The position numbers and the translations under genes were made by a program. From Salpingoeca rosetta (taxonomy: Eukaryota > Protista > Choanoflagellata), in contig JAWQFM010000032.1 in NCBI GenBank assembly GCA_033442325.1, positions 129,343 through 193,342 on the forward strand: a stretch of 64,000 bases of DNA. Reading direction: 5' to 3'. How positions within the stretch are numbered: position 1 is the first letter of the stretch; the number at the start of each line of letters is the position of its first letter. Positions 51,008 through 64,000 of the stretch are shown here, piece after piece. The notes under the pieces were generated by a model, which did not search any database, was not told where the DNA came from, and was given only the letters and a program-made list of their open reading frames with translations.

Positions 51008-54000
51008 TCAACGGCGCTTCAGCTTGTCATAGATGTGCTGTTCTTCAATTCTGTCACGCCGATCACGTGTCGAGGATGGACCAGCGTCTTGCCCATCAGC
51101 CAGCCACTGTGCAGAGGCCATTGTCGATACATCCAGCGTGTCATACATGGCCAAGTCAGACAACTCAAGCACGTCATCGTCGTCATCGTCGGGATCACCA
51201 TCGTCAGAGTCTTGGCCGCTGTTTGCGGTGACGGTCTCCGTGTCTGTGTCATCCCCATCGCCAGCAGCATCGCTGCCGCAACCGCCAACAACAAACCCAT
51301 ACACAGGATCATTGCCAGGACGCCATGCACTGCCGTCGTGGCTGTAATCGTCGTCACCGCCGCGCGGTTCAAAGTAGTCGCTGTCGGCTGCAACGTCAGT
51401 CTCGCGAGCTGTGCCATACACGCGACTGTACTCGTTACCCTCCGTTTGCGCACCTCCCTGGGCAAGCTGGTCCCTGCCCAAGTACACGTATTCGTCGTCC
51501 CCTTTCAAACCTGCGGCGTCTGGCACCTCCATGTAGTTGGCAACGGGGATGTTTGTGGGCGTTGCAAAAGCGTAGGCGTGCGCGTTTGAAGACGAGGTCG
51601 CCATTGCGTCGACCTCGACATACTCCCGGTCATCACTGCTTTCATCGCCACCTTCGCCAACACTTGCTACATCCCACATGTTCTCGGTGTGCTTGTCGTC
51701 AGCGCTGGTGGCAGCTGGCAGCCACGTGGCAGGCTCGTCCAAGTCTCCGTCAGCAGTTCCTGGCTCACCACGGTCGTCCATGTCTGCAAGATCCCCAAGT
51801 GATAACACCTCGTCATCATCCCCATCGGTATCGGCCTCCTCATGGCCAGATGACACCGTGCCTGGCACGTGTGAGCTGGGCGCCAGTGCATTCGCAGCAC
51901 CAGGTGTGTGGTTATCAGCGGCGTCGTGGTCAAACATCGCCAGCTCATCAAACGTGAGCAACTCGTCATTGTCGTGCCCGCCGTTTGCCCATGCATTGCT
52001 ATCCAAGCTTTCCTGGCTGCCACTGCCACTGCCACCGCTGCGGCTGCCACTGTGAATGCTAGTTACATCGCTGGCTCCGCTGCTGCTGATGCGGCTGCTG
52101 CACGCTGCGCTTCCGCTCGTTGTGCTCACAGTGCTGCTGGCAACGGGGATCCGTTCAAAACCACCGTTGCTGGCTGCCCCCAGCATGGCTTCAATGCCGG
52201 TATCCTCGCGTGCCCACGCGGACAAGCCAGGCAGGAAGTGCGCAGATGAGCGCATGGACGATCGTGTTCCTTGCTGAGCATCTCGGCCAGTCAGCAATCC
52301 CATCTTCACCAGACCGGTCCCCGCTGATGCACTTGCTGATCGTGACGCTGCCGGCGCAGTGGTGCCAGCCCTTCTCTGACGCTTCAGGGTGAACCACCCG
52401 TTTGCGCGCCTCTTGGAGGCGACTCGCAGGAACTCGCGCTGCGATAGTGCATCCGGCACCTGGTCGTCGCTTGTCGACGCCCCCGTCAGCCCAATGTCTA
52501 CCATCCTCATGTCGTCCACGCTTGTTTCCTGCGTACCTGTGATTGTGTTGTCACGCTGGAGCCACAGCGCACCGGAGAGGGCACCAGCGTGCACACCGCT
52601 CGCTGCTGCTCCGCTGTACAAAGGGTTGGCCTTCATGCCAACATGCGGCAGGGGTCCCGAATGCTTGATGGGGACACCAACGGAAGTGCTGTTGTGAGAC
52701 ACGCAGCACACACACGCAGGGCAGCAAGCGCAACATGCGCAACAGCACCAGCTAGGGCAACACCCGCAGTAAGTAGCACAGCAGTCTCCACAGCAGCTCT
52801 GGCAACAGTCGCCACAGCACCCACAGCAGCAGCAACACAGCAGTGCAATGACAAGGGCGGCAATGACGGCAGCCACCAGCGGCAGCACGAGCGACGTCTT
52901 GTTCCTGTCGCCAACAGCCTGATCAACCAACCGGCAGACGCGGTTGGACGTGGACGTCGGCCCCATCACCTCAATCTCATCCCCAACACACACAGCAACG
53001 GCCTCGCACACGCGGTCGGTCGTTGGTGTTGGGGCAGCTGCCTCATACTCAAGCTCACGCACGCATGATCGCACGTCCTGACAAACGCGGTTGCTTGTGG
53101 TCGTGTGCACAGCGCTGATAAACTGCACCTCCGTGCACACCGATAGCGGCAAGCATTGTCGGTCCGAAGTGCGGGTTACCGCAACGTGCTCGTATTCATC
53201 GACGGCGCACGTCGTGTACGGCAGGCACTGCGTGTCGCTGGTTACATTGCACGCCCGCCCAACGTACTCTGTTGTGACGTTGCACACGGTGCAAGGCAGG
53301 CACACGCGGTCGTCATGCGCCAAGCACGGCGAAGACTCAAACGTGCTGCCGTCAACGCACTGCGTGCATGCAGTGCACGTGGTGTCATCCGTCTCGCTGC
53401 ATGCTGCTGAGGCGTACGTGTCTCCGCTGCACGTGCTGCACATGGCGCAGGTGGCATCCGCAGACGCCGTGCAGGGGGTCATCTCGTAGTGTGTGCCCCC
53501 AGGGCAAGCCGTGCACGACTCACACACCCTACATGGGAAGAATGCAGTGGATGAGGTGGAAGAAGGGTCAGAAACGCGACAGGAAGCGTTGTGTGTGTGT
53601 GGGTGTGTATGCGTGTGTGTGTGCGTGCATGTGTGTGAAATGGGGCATGGAAATATGGGGATCGAAAGTGAACAGACATTGGTGCGCACGAGGGTGATGG
53701 CAAGCATAGAGATTGGGGGGGGGGGAGCGCCAAAACCAATCATACCATCAACATCAGCAACAACCCAAAGGGACATGGTTCAAATCAATCAAACAAACAA
53801 ACACACACGCTCTGACATGCCATGACAAGCACCTGTTTGTTGTGGTTGTGGGAGCAACGGCCTCGAATTGAGTGGCAGTGCACACTGTCAGGTTGGCGCA
53901 CACGCGGTCCGACACCCTGTCATCATACATTCCGTATTCCACGACAAGGGTGAGAAGGGGTGTGTTTGCGTGTGTGGTTGTGTTTGGGTACATGAATGCA

Positions 54001-54397
54001 TATGCATGTGTGTGCGCTTGTGCGGGTTGCAAACGCTGATGACGCAGGGCAAGATGCAACAGACTTCGAGTGAAGGAACAAAATCCATGTCACGTTTTAT
54101 GTGTGCCCAACTTACGATGTGGGTGCGGTGACTTGGAACTGGGCTGCTGTGCAGTTTGTCCAGTAGATGCATTCACGGTCCGTTGAAGGCGTGGGTGCGC
54201 GTGCCTCGTACTGCTGCGCGCGGCACGTCGTGAGCTGCGTGCACTCGCGGTCGCTGGTGGCCGTCGGCGCAGCACTCTGTGCACAAAGAAAGAGAAACGT
54301 AACCAAGGTGAGTGAGGGCATGTGGTACCATGAATGCAAACAACAAGCACAATGGCAATTCACCACAGGCACTTCGAAACACACACACACAAACACA

Positions 54398-54448
<51 letters not shown>

Positions 54449-55957
54449 ACACACGCACCTCGAATTCGTCCATGCTGCACGCGGCGCGAACGGTGGCGCA
54501 TTGGCGGTCCGTGGTGGCGGTGGGGGCACGAGTCTGGTACTCGTTGGCCTCGCACACCGTCAGGTTGCGGCACTGGCGATCGGACATGGCTGTGGGAGCA
54601 ACCGTCTGGTACTGGGTGGCTGTGCACTGCGTCACGTTGGCGCAGACGGTGTCGCTGGTGGGCGTGTGCGGTTGGGCAACGTACTGCGTGCCTGATGCAC
54701 ACGTCGATGCTGTCATGCAGTCGTCCTGACCAGCGTCCTCCTTGAAGGTGCCCGCAGCACACACGGTGCACACGCGGTCGCTGGAGAGCGTGGGCTGCAC
54801 AGACTCCTCTTCACCGGCGGGGCAGTCCGACACGGCAACACACGCCGTGAGACCAGATGTCGGTGCAAACGAGACACCGCTACTGCAAGGCGTGCATGGC
54901 GTGCTGGGCAGCTGGTCGGCGTCGACAGTGCCCGGTGCACAGCGGTATGCGCTGCAGTCGCCGGTGCGGCCCTCGGGCACAAACGTGCCGGCTGGGCACT
55001 GCACACATGGTGTTGCGCCGTTGGCGTCGTCGTCCGTGGTGCCGGCTGTACAGTTTTGACACTGGCGGTTGCTGGTCGCTGTTGGCGCCACGGCCTCCTC
55101 CTCGCCCACGTCGCACTGCGCAATGGCGCAGCACTGCCGGTTGGAGGTTTCCGTGGGAGCCACACATTCGTACTGCCCAACGACACACGTTGTCAGCGTA
55201 GCACACTCGCGGTCGGAGGTGTCAGTGGGAGCAACTGTCTCATACTGGCTCGCGGTGCACGTGGTCAGCGGTGCACACTGTGTGTTTGTCGACACGCGGC
55301 ACTCCTGTGTCTGGTACTGGTCGGCACCGCACTCTGCACATTCCGTGCACTCAGTCTGAGACACGGACGTGCACGGCGACGACACGAAGAAGCCCGGGTT
55401 GCACGTGTCGCAGTTCTCGCACACGGTGTTGGCGGTCTCCGTGCAAGCGGTGGCCTGTGTCAGGCCCTCATCCTCACATGAGTCGCACAACTCACACACG
55501 CGGTCACTCGTTGCTGTTGGCGCACGCTCCTCCCATTCGCCGGTACCACAGTCTGTGAGCGGGCCGCACTCGCGGTTGGTCGACGTGGTAGGCGCCTTTG
55601 TCTGGTACTGCGTGTCGGTGTCGCACGTGGCGTGGGCCGTGCAAGTGGCCTGGCCCGTGGTGGACTTGAAGGTGCCGGTAGGGCACGCCTCACACTGGCG
55701 ATCACTCGCCGGTGTCGGCGCAACAGACTCCTGCACAAAGGGCATGGTGAATGTGGCGATAGGTGCGTGGGAAACGAGGGAGAAGCATGCGTGAGCAACA
55801 AAAGGGACTTGGAATACGTGAAGCTGGCAGCTGGAGGAGTTGTCAATGCCTTCGTGACGAGGGGTAGGCTGGCATGCAGGATTTGTGCCTCGCGCTCCGG
55901 CCCCCACCTACAAGTTCACACACACAAACACACACACACTACACACACACACACACT

Positions 55958-55995
<38 letters not shown>

Positions 55996-58900
55996 GGAAG
56001 CCTGGGGCGCAGTTCTGGGTGGCGATGCAAGACGTGGCCTGGCCAGCAGCGGCCTTGAAGGTGCCGGGACCACACGTGGTGCACACGCGGTTGGAGGAGA
56101 GGGTGGGCGCAAGCGTCTGCTCCTCCCCAGCCAAGCAGGTGCGCACCGCTGCACAGGTGGTGTTCTGGCCCGGCTGTGCCTTGTACGTGACGCCGAGCTG
56201 GCATGGCCTGCACTCGCGGTCGCTCACGGCGGTTGGCGCATCCTGCTCCTCCTCGCCAGCCACACACGTGGTCACCTGCAAGCATGAGGCCTGGCCCGCG
56301 GCGGGCTGGAACGACGAAGTGCCATCGCACGCCTCGCATGGGGTACTGGCACTGCTGTCCGTGTCGGCGGTGCCAGCAGGGCACATGTACAGCGAGCAAG
56401 GGCCGATGGAGCCTGCGCTTGAAAAGTGGCCCGCCGGGCACGCAACGCACGCCGTCTCGCTGTCACTGTCATGGTCTGTCGTGCCTGCGGGGCAGCTGGC
56501 GCACACGCGGTTCGACGTCGGCGTGGGCTGCGTGGCGACAAACTCGCCCGCAACGCACGTCGCCAGGCCCTCGCACTCGCGATCAGACGTCTGTGTCGGT
56601 GCCTGGGTCTCATACTGCGTCTCAGCGTCGCACGACGACAGCGGCGTGCACACGCGGTTGCTCGTTGCTGTTGGCACCTGCGATTCAAACTGCGTCTCAA
56701 AGTCGCATGTGGTGAGCGGGGCGCAGGCGCGGTTGGACGTGGCCGTCGGAGCCTGCGTCTCGTACTCCTGCCCAGCGGTGCACTCGCGCACGGCGCTGCA
56801 CACGCGGTTGGTTGTGGCCGTGGGCGGCGTCACCTCGTACTCCGTGTCTAAATGACAAACAGACAACGGCAGACACACTCTGTTCGAAGTGGGCGTCATG
56901 GGTGTTTTCTCAAACTCGTGAGAGGAACATGGGTCTGAGACAATGCAAGTCGTCTGATTGAAGAGCGGCTGAAACGTGTTGCTGCCGCAGTCGGCACAAA
57001 TCCGATCGCTTGTGGCCGTGGCTGGTTGTGACACATAGGTGCCAGGCTCACATGAGCTCAGGGGAGAACACTGGCGGNNNNNNNNNNNNNNNNNNNNNNN
57101 NNNNNNNNNNNNNNNNNNNNNNNNNNNNNNNNNNNNNNNNNNNNNNNNNNNNNNNNNNNNNNNNNNNNNNNNNNNNNCAGGCGTGTGAGCAACATAGCAC
57201 GAGGACGCGTGAGGACGCGAGGCGTGAGGGAGCGTGAAAGAACGCACCAAAGAACAAACCAGAATACACAAGCAACCAAGCAGCCAAGCACGCAAGCAAG
57301 TGAATGAGTGAGTGAGTGAGTCGGTCAGGTGAGTGCAGATGCTTGAGAGTACGTCACACAGCCAGTCAGCAACATGCCACACAAAGCCAGCAGTACGGTA
57401 CACAGGTGCGCACGCCAACACACAAACACAAACACAAAATGCACACACCACACACACAACACAACACAACACAACACAACACAACACAACACAACACAAC
57501 GCAGAACAGGCGCCAGGGGGAGGCGCAGCAGCGGTACGCGCACAAGCCAACGAACGTGCACGCACAGCAGCCATCTGCGCATGCATACCTGAGGTACGTG
57601 TTGGCGACGCAGGACTTGCACGTCCTGGTGGTGCCAGCACAGGTGCGGCAAGGCGACTCGCAGGCAACGCACACCGGGTTGGATGCCCCGCCACACGTGC
57701 CGAGCAGCACCTCCCCGAGCCCGCAGTCCTTGGCCGTCGTGCACACCTGGCACTTGGGGCTGGTCGTCGCCGTGCACTTGCCAGCAAGGTACTCCCCGCT
57801 CCCGCAGTCCTCCGCTCGCACGCACGCGTCGCACGCACGGTTGCTTGTCAGCGTGCACGCACGCGTCTCATACGTCCCAGCACTGCACTCAGTGCACGCG
57901 GTGCACTGCGGGTTGCTGCGCCCGCCGCACACCCCGTCCAGATACTGCCCAGCCGCACACGTGCTCGTGCACGCAGCGCACACGGGCGTCGTCGTTGCAC
58001 TGCACACCCCAGACAGGTACTCCCCGTCACCGCACTCGCGTGTGCACGCGGCGCACAGGCCGCTCCCCGCACTCGCCTTGTACGTACCGCCAACGCATGG
58101 CGTGCACTGCGCATCAGCCGTCGCCGTGCACGCCACGCTCAGCTCCTCGCCAGCGGGACACGACGTCCGGCAATCAGCACACTCCCGGTCGCTCGTCAGC
58201 GTCGCAGCAACAGCCTCATACTGCCCAGCACCGCACACACTCAGCGCGCTGCACTGCGTGTTGCTCGTCCCGCCGCACGCAGACAGCACATACTCGTCTC
58301 CGCTGCACACCTTGCACACCTGGCACTGCCGCTGCACAACGTCCCCGTACGTCTCATCAGGGCACACAGCAACACACTCCCCACGGTGCAGGAACGTGCC
58401 CTTGGCACACGCCGTGCACGCGCCCGGGCCGTCCCCGTTGCAGTCCAGGCAGCTCCCGTCGCATGGCACGCACTCGTTGCCAACCTCAAAGAACCCGGCG
58501 TCGCACTCAGACACACACGCGCCACCGTCGTCAAGGTGCAGGTCGCCGCTGCAAGCCGTGCAGTCTGTTGCCGTGGGGCCCACGCACTCTGCACATGTCC
58601 CGTGGCACGCCAGGCACTCCCTGTTGCTGCGCCCGTCGCTGCCACCGCACGTCCCGCCCGCGTACTGCCCGGCACGGCAGTCTGCCTGCTCAATGCACCG
58701 CTCGCACACGGGCTCCTGCGTCGTCGTGCACGCCCCGCTCAGGTAGTGCTCGTCCGCACACACAGTCCGGCACGCGCTGCACGCTTCACCGCCCTCGCTC
58801 GCCTTGAACGTCCCGCTCCCGCAATCCTCGCACACACGGTCCCTGTCCTCATCAACAACACGCATACATACACACATACATACGCACATACATACACATA

Positions 58901-61900
58901 CACGCAAACGTCAACACGTAAACACGTGCAACAATCACGAGCAACAGCGGTCATGAGCAACAGGCATCGATAGCAACAAGCACGCGAGAGCGTGGCCAAC
59001 GAGGGTCACCCATGCACAACGCCAATCTCCCCACAGCCTCTCTCAGTAGTGCTCCCCCGCCCGCCCACTTGACAGTATTGCCAACCAAGCAACACATGTA
59101 CACACACACACACACAAACACACACACATGCGCGCGTGTAAAGCCTTCACACGCACATGCGCGCGTGTAAAGCCTTCACAACCACATGCACGCACGCACA
59201 TGCACACATGCACACATGCACACATGCACACACACAGCCGCACACCATGCATGCGCCTGTCAGCACGTGTACGCACCGTGTGCCATCACTGCCACCACAG
59301 ATCCCCGCAAGCTCCTTGCCAGCAGGACAGCTGGTGCGGCACGCCGTGCACTCCCGGTCGCTCGTTGCAGACGGCGCTCGCACCTCGTACTCGTCAGACG
59401 CACACACGCGCCATCCCTGCACAGGCACCACACCACACAATCCACAATCAGAATGCACAACGAGAAATCAATCACCCCCCAAGCAACACAAACAAACCAC
59501 ATCCAAGCACCTGCACGCCATCACACCAACGCAAAACAGAACACGCACGCACGCACGCACGCACGCACGCACCCCAATACAACGACCCAATACAAAGACA
59601 CACAGCATGCAGCCGCACCTGGCACAGCGTGTCCTCAACGCCAGAGCAGCCGCCAACAGCAAAGGTGCCTTCCCGGCACACCGCGCACCTCACGCACACC
59701 CGGCTCGTCGCATCCCCATAGTACCCATCAGGGCACACAGAAACACACGCTGTCCCAGACAAAAAGTACCCGGGCGCGCATGCCGTGCACTCCTGACTCG
59801 TCCCGCCCGCGCACGCCTCACACTCCTCAGCACACGTTGTGCACGTGCCAGATGTCACGTCCCCGTACATCCCCTCAGGGCACACATCCACACACGTGCT
59901 CCCGCTGCACAGTGCACAGTGTGTGCACACACACGCACGCACACACACACGCACACACACACACACACATACACACACACGCAGGCAGATATACGGGAAG
60001 CACAGCAGGCGTGTGAGCAACATAGCACGAGGACGCGTGAGGACGCGAGGCGTGAGGGAGCGTGAAAGAACGCACCAAAGAACAAACCAGAATACACAAG
60101 CAACCAAGCAGCCAAGCACGCAAGCAAGTGAATGAGTGAGTGAGTGAGTGAGTGAGTCGGTCAGGTGCTTGAGAGTACGTCACACAGCCAGTCAGCAACA
60201 TGCCGTACGGTACACAGGTGCGCACGCCAACACACAAACACAAACACAAAATGCACACACCACACACACAACACAACACAACACAACACAACACAACACA
60301 ACACAACACAACACAACACAACACAACGCAGAACAGGCGCCAGGGGAGGCGCAGCAGCGGTACGCGCACAAGCCAACGAACGTGCACGCACAGCAGCCAT
60401 CTGCGCATGCATACCTGAGGTACGTGTTGGCGACGCAGGACTTGCACGTCCTGGTGGTGCCAGCACAGGTGCGGCAAGGCGACTCGCAGGCAACGCACAC
60501 CGGGTTGGATGCCCCGCCACACGTGCCGAGCAGCACCTCCCCGAGCCCGCAGTCCTTGGCCGTCGTGCACACCTGGCACTTGGGGCTGGTCGTCGCCGTG
60601 CACTTGCCAGCAAGGTACTCCCCGCTCCCGCAGTCCTCCGCTCGCACGCACGCGTCGCACGCACGGTTGCTTGTCAGCGTGCACGCACGCGTCTCATACG
60701 TCCCAGCACTGCACTCAGTGCACGGCATGCATTTTGGAACCACCTTCCCACCACATGGACCTGTCAGATATTCATTGTCTGAGCATGTCGGACATCCTTG
60801 GATGCTAAATCCAACGCTTCCAGCCTGGTCATTGCACGCGCACGAGCATCACCAACGTGAGCATGCGCAGCACATCCTTCTTATGTGATGCGGCAAGTGC
60901 ACCTGAAGTCGAAACCACCACACAATCTACAGCTGAGCGAGCATCGGTCATGTTCGACTGTGTGACAACAAGTCGCACCTCGATGCTGTTTGGCGCGTGT
61001 CCGATGATGGTTCTCTCCGCATCGTCTGTGAACACGGCCGCAATCCAGTAATCCCCGCTCAGCATGTCGCTTGGAACCTGGTACGCATTCATTGTGTACG
61101 TGTTCGTGGCGAATGTACGTGAGCATGCGATCACCATTTGTGCTGTGGTTTGGGCGGTACAACGCATCAACGGGCCCAGGCTTGCGCAACATGTGGGACC
61201 GGAGATGCTCACTGGGGCGAACACGCTGCTCAATCACTCCTTGTCCTGCCGCCATGCCCACACCACCCACAGTCCTCACGCTTCTCTGCCCCCACCCTGA
61301 CCCGCTGGACGCAGCGAGCACCCATACCGTCCACGTGTATTGGCCAGCAGCCACGCTTGTTCGAATGATGACGGCGGTGTCCAGTGCACTGCTCCCCATA
61401 GGCACGATGTACAAATCTATAAAGTCCAGAACAAGCTGCCATATCAAACACACATACAAATTGAACGGTCGTGGGTGAGTGCACAGAGAGTGGGTCGGAG
61501 CAATTTGAGGTCAAGGGTGGTCGTGAAGCGCTGAACGCGTGATCAGTCATGCAACGCTTTCTGTGGGTTTGTGCGTAACATGGCTCGATGCATTGGATCT
61601 CTTTCTGTGCGCATTGCGTGGGAGGTATGGGAGTTTGAAAAGGGCCGGGTGTCCGAAGGTAACGATATTGTGTGTGGCTGATGATGTTTGCAAATAACAG
61701 ACACCCCAAGCCACGCGAGACAAGTGTCACGGTGCGCCTTACTACTACTATGTTGCTGCAGACCTGATTGAAGAACCATGTGATGGTGATGGCGCTGCCC
61801 GCGGAGACGACCGTGCTTGTTGTGGGAGAACGGAACGTGATTTCAGCTGCCACACGAGGCGAAAGCGAGTGTGTCGCGGGGGATTAGTTGCACGAATGGG

Positions 61901-63834
61901 AGCAGGAGGTGAGCGGGTAAGACGGTGCAGGGCGAGCGGAAGAGAGGAGAAAGCTGCCCTTGCAGTGCACTCTCATTGGTGCTGCATTTCTGAAAGACTT
62001 ACGGAACGACGCGGGTGGGGTCTCAAAGCACTTGAAGGGGCACTCGCCATCAATGGCATCGACAAATCGAAGGCAATCATTGCACGGGACGCAGACCCCG
62101 CTTCAAGTGATCGCGTGGGTGTTTGTGTGTGATTGTTTGTATGTGTGTGTATATATGTGTGTGTATGTTCGTGTGTGTTCGTGCGTGTTTGTGTATGTGT
62201 GCGTGTGTGGAGGGGGTGATGATAATTGTGTCAGGATACTCGTGCGGGTGTAAAGGGCTTGACGCCGACGTATGTGACATGTGGTCAACAAAACGTGTGG
62301 GTGGCAGGCAAACTCGAAGCAAAGCGTCACGGATGACGGTCGGGTCGAATGTACAACAAAGAAGGACACATGGTTTGTGGAGGATGTATGTGATGTGGTT
62401 GGGAAGGCACGATGGCCAGGGGCATAGGACCATGCACGAGGGCGTAAGAGCAGGAATCACGTGGCTTTGAACACATCGAACGTGTTGCGGTCAGTAAACT
62501 CATGCCAAACTTACTAGATGTCACAGTACTCCGATGGTCCACAGGAGTCATGGCTGATGCACCTGAATCGCCGCTTGATGGTGAAGGTTCCCTGAGGGAC
62601 ACAATGCGGGATATGGTTCGGTGGTGGTGGTGGTGGTCACGGTGTCGGAGATGGCGGTCGTGGTGGTGAAAAGGCAACAGAGTTCACTTGGCACGCAAAT
62701 TTGGTACATCACGCACTTTAGCAACAAGGGGCGCAAGGATGCAAGCATACCAAACCAGCATACAACGTCGAAACACGCGCAGCGAATACAGCAGGCGCTG
62801 ATGTCACAGCTTTGCAAACCGACGACAAACACACACACACACACTCACTCACTCACTCACACACACACACACACTCACTCACACACACACACACTCACAC
62901 AAGGCGAAGACACTCCACACGCACGAATACAAGCACACCTACCGTTGCGGGAATGTATCCGACGATGGATGTCGTGGCAATGCTTGTGACGGTGATGCGA
63001 TATTGCCCTGAGGGCGTTGAGAGGGGCACCGTCCATGTGACTGACGTCACGGCTGAATCCTCCACCCGCACAAACTCCTGCATGGTTTGAGTAGAGGTCT
63101 GCATGGCCGTGTTGTCACAATGCACAGGCAGTTCAGCAATTGGTGTGAGTTGAAGGAGGGGGAGGGGCGATGAACAGGACGAGATTGTGGTGCTGAGACG
63201 TGAGCATGGCCGTGTGCATGTGTGCTTGTGTGTGTGTGTGTGTGCTTGTACTTGTGCTTGTGGATGTGGGGGTGTGAGTGTGCATTCCGCTTGTTGTCGA
63301 AGGGTCACAGATGAGAATTGGTCGTGCACACATGCAAACGTAGGAAGAGGCTTGTGCATGAGTAGTTGGTTTGCACGCACCTCGCCCTGCAACTGCAAGT
63401 GGACAGCTGGCCCGACATTTGTTGTCCGAAACTCAACCGTTATTGGAGTGCCGGATGGTTTGATGCCTTCATGCAGACATTGATTATGAGAGACGGAGGG
63501 CATCATGAATGGAAGGGGATGGCGCAAGATGGGTGGCACTAAGGCGTCGAACAAGCTCATGGGCGCTCTTCTCCACTGGTTTGACAATGCAACACCATGG
63601 CTACATCTCACAATGACAAGCATGTGCAAAGGGCACATCGGAACGCAGCACACACACACACGTACCACTAAGGGCGGTCTGTCCGGTGATGGATCCAGGC
63701 AGGCATGGGCAGTAATTGCCGAGGCCGTAGGAGTATCCAAATTGAAGACAAACGGACTCAGCTTCACATGCCTCAACTGCCCCGCACGGGTGCCGCGTTT
63801 TCAGAAATGGGAATTGGTTAAACAATAACACCAA
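51008..63834 (-). CDS. Giant type I membrane protein with Ig-like N-terminal domains, furin-like and TNFR-like Cys repeats, one TM helix and a long Tyr-rich tail (5' end probably beyond the window)
   Basis: Dozens of C..xxxxE/QYExxAPTxTSDRxC repeats and furin-like units (CHGTCAECVGPTATDCTAC...CVSECDAGFF). TM LVLPLVAAVIAALVIALL at ~52841-52894. Cytoplasmic tail ends HIYDKLKRR*. Confidence 0.85.
57078..57177. other. Assembly gap (100 N)
   Basis: Run of n. Confidence 0.99.
57178..60724. repeat. Intragenic direct duplication: 57178-57898 is nearly identical to 60006-60724 (offset ~2.83 kb)
   Basis: Both exon and intron sequence are copied, differing mainly by small indels and (ACACA)n length. 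Confidence 0.93.
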
Positions 63835-64000
63835 AGAAGTGAGCTACTTCAGCACACAAGCACCCAACACTAAAGTTATCATCAATGCTTCCAAAAACGA
63901 ACAAGGCTTTGGCCAGCATCTCGACCCTTCTCGCACCGCTTTCTTTGTCTCTTTGTGGGCGCAACATGTGAATACACCATAAGTTGTCACGGTTCAAGCT

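Noticed and set aside
57316-58973. Long + strand ORFs opposite the Cys-rich exon
   Set aside because: They are antisense shadows of GC-rich repetitive coding sequence on the - strand.

Overview
Eukaryotic, intron-dense genomic DNA with (GT)n/(CA)n microsatellites in most introns and two 100-N assembly gaps. The gene content (axonemal dynein, cGMP-dependent kinase, a Gab/Dok-like adaptor, a giant Cys-rich receptor-like protein) and the intron style suggest a choanoflagellate such as Salpingoeca; this is inference. Most entries in the ORF track are microsatellite artefacts, so I rebuilt the genes by splicing GT-AG exons by eye. Genes in order: 5' end of a secreted EGF-like protein (-), ERH (-), PH+PTB adaptor (+), PKG (-), DNAI1 (+), intronless 7-repeat putative beta-propeller protein (-), ACAD10/11-like with a PTS1 (-), short MTHFR (-), Thr-rich mucin plus propeller protein (-), truncated Atg22/UMF1-like MFS gene (-), Crinkler-like PD-(D/E)xK nuclease plus kinase (+), CRY-DASH (-), a hypothetical gene (+), and a giant TNFR/furin-repeat membrane protein (-). 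The most unusual signals are two repeat-free intronic islands that fold into many stems (about 1951-2304 and 45731-45900; candidate unannotated structured RNAs), the nuclease-kinase effector-like gene, an MTHFR lacking a core exon, and the cytoplasmic tail of the giant receptor.
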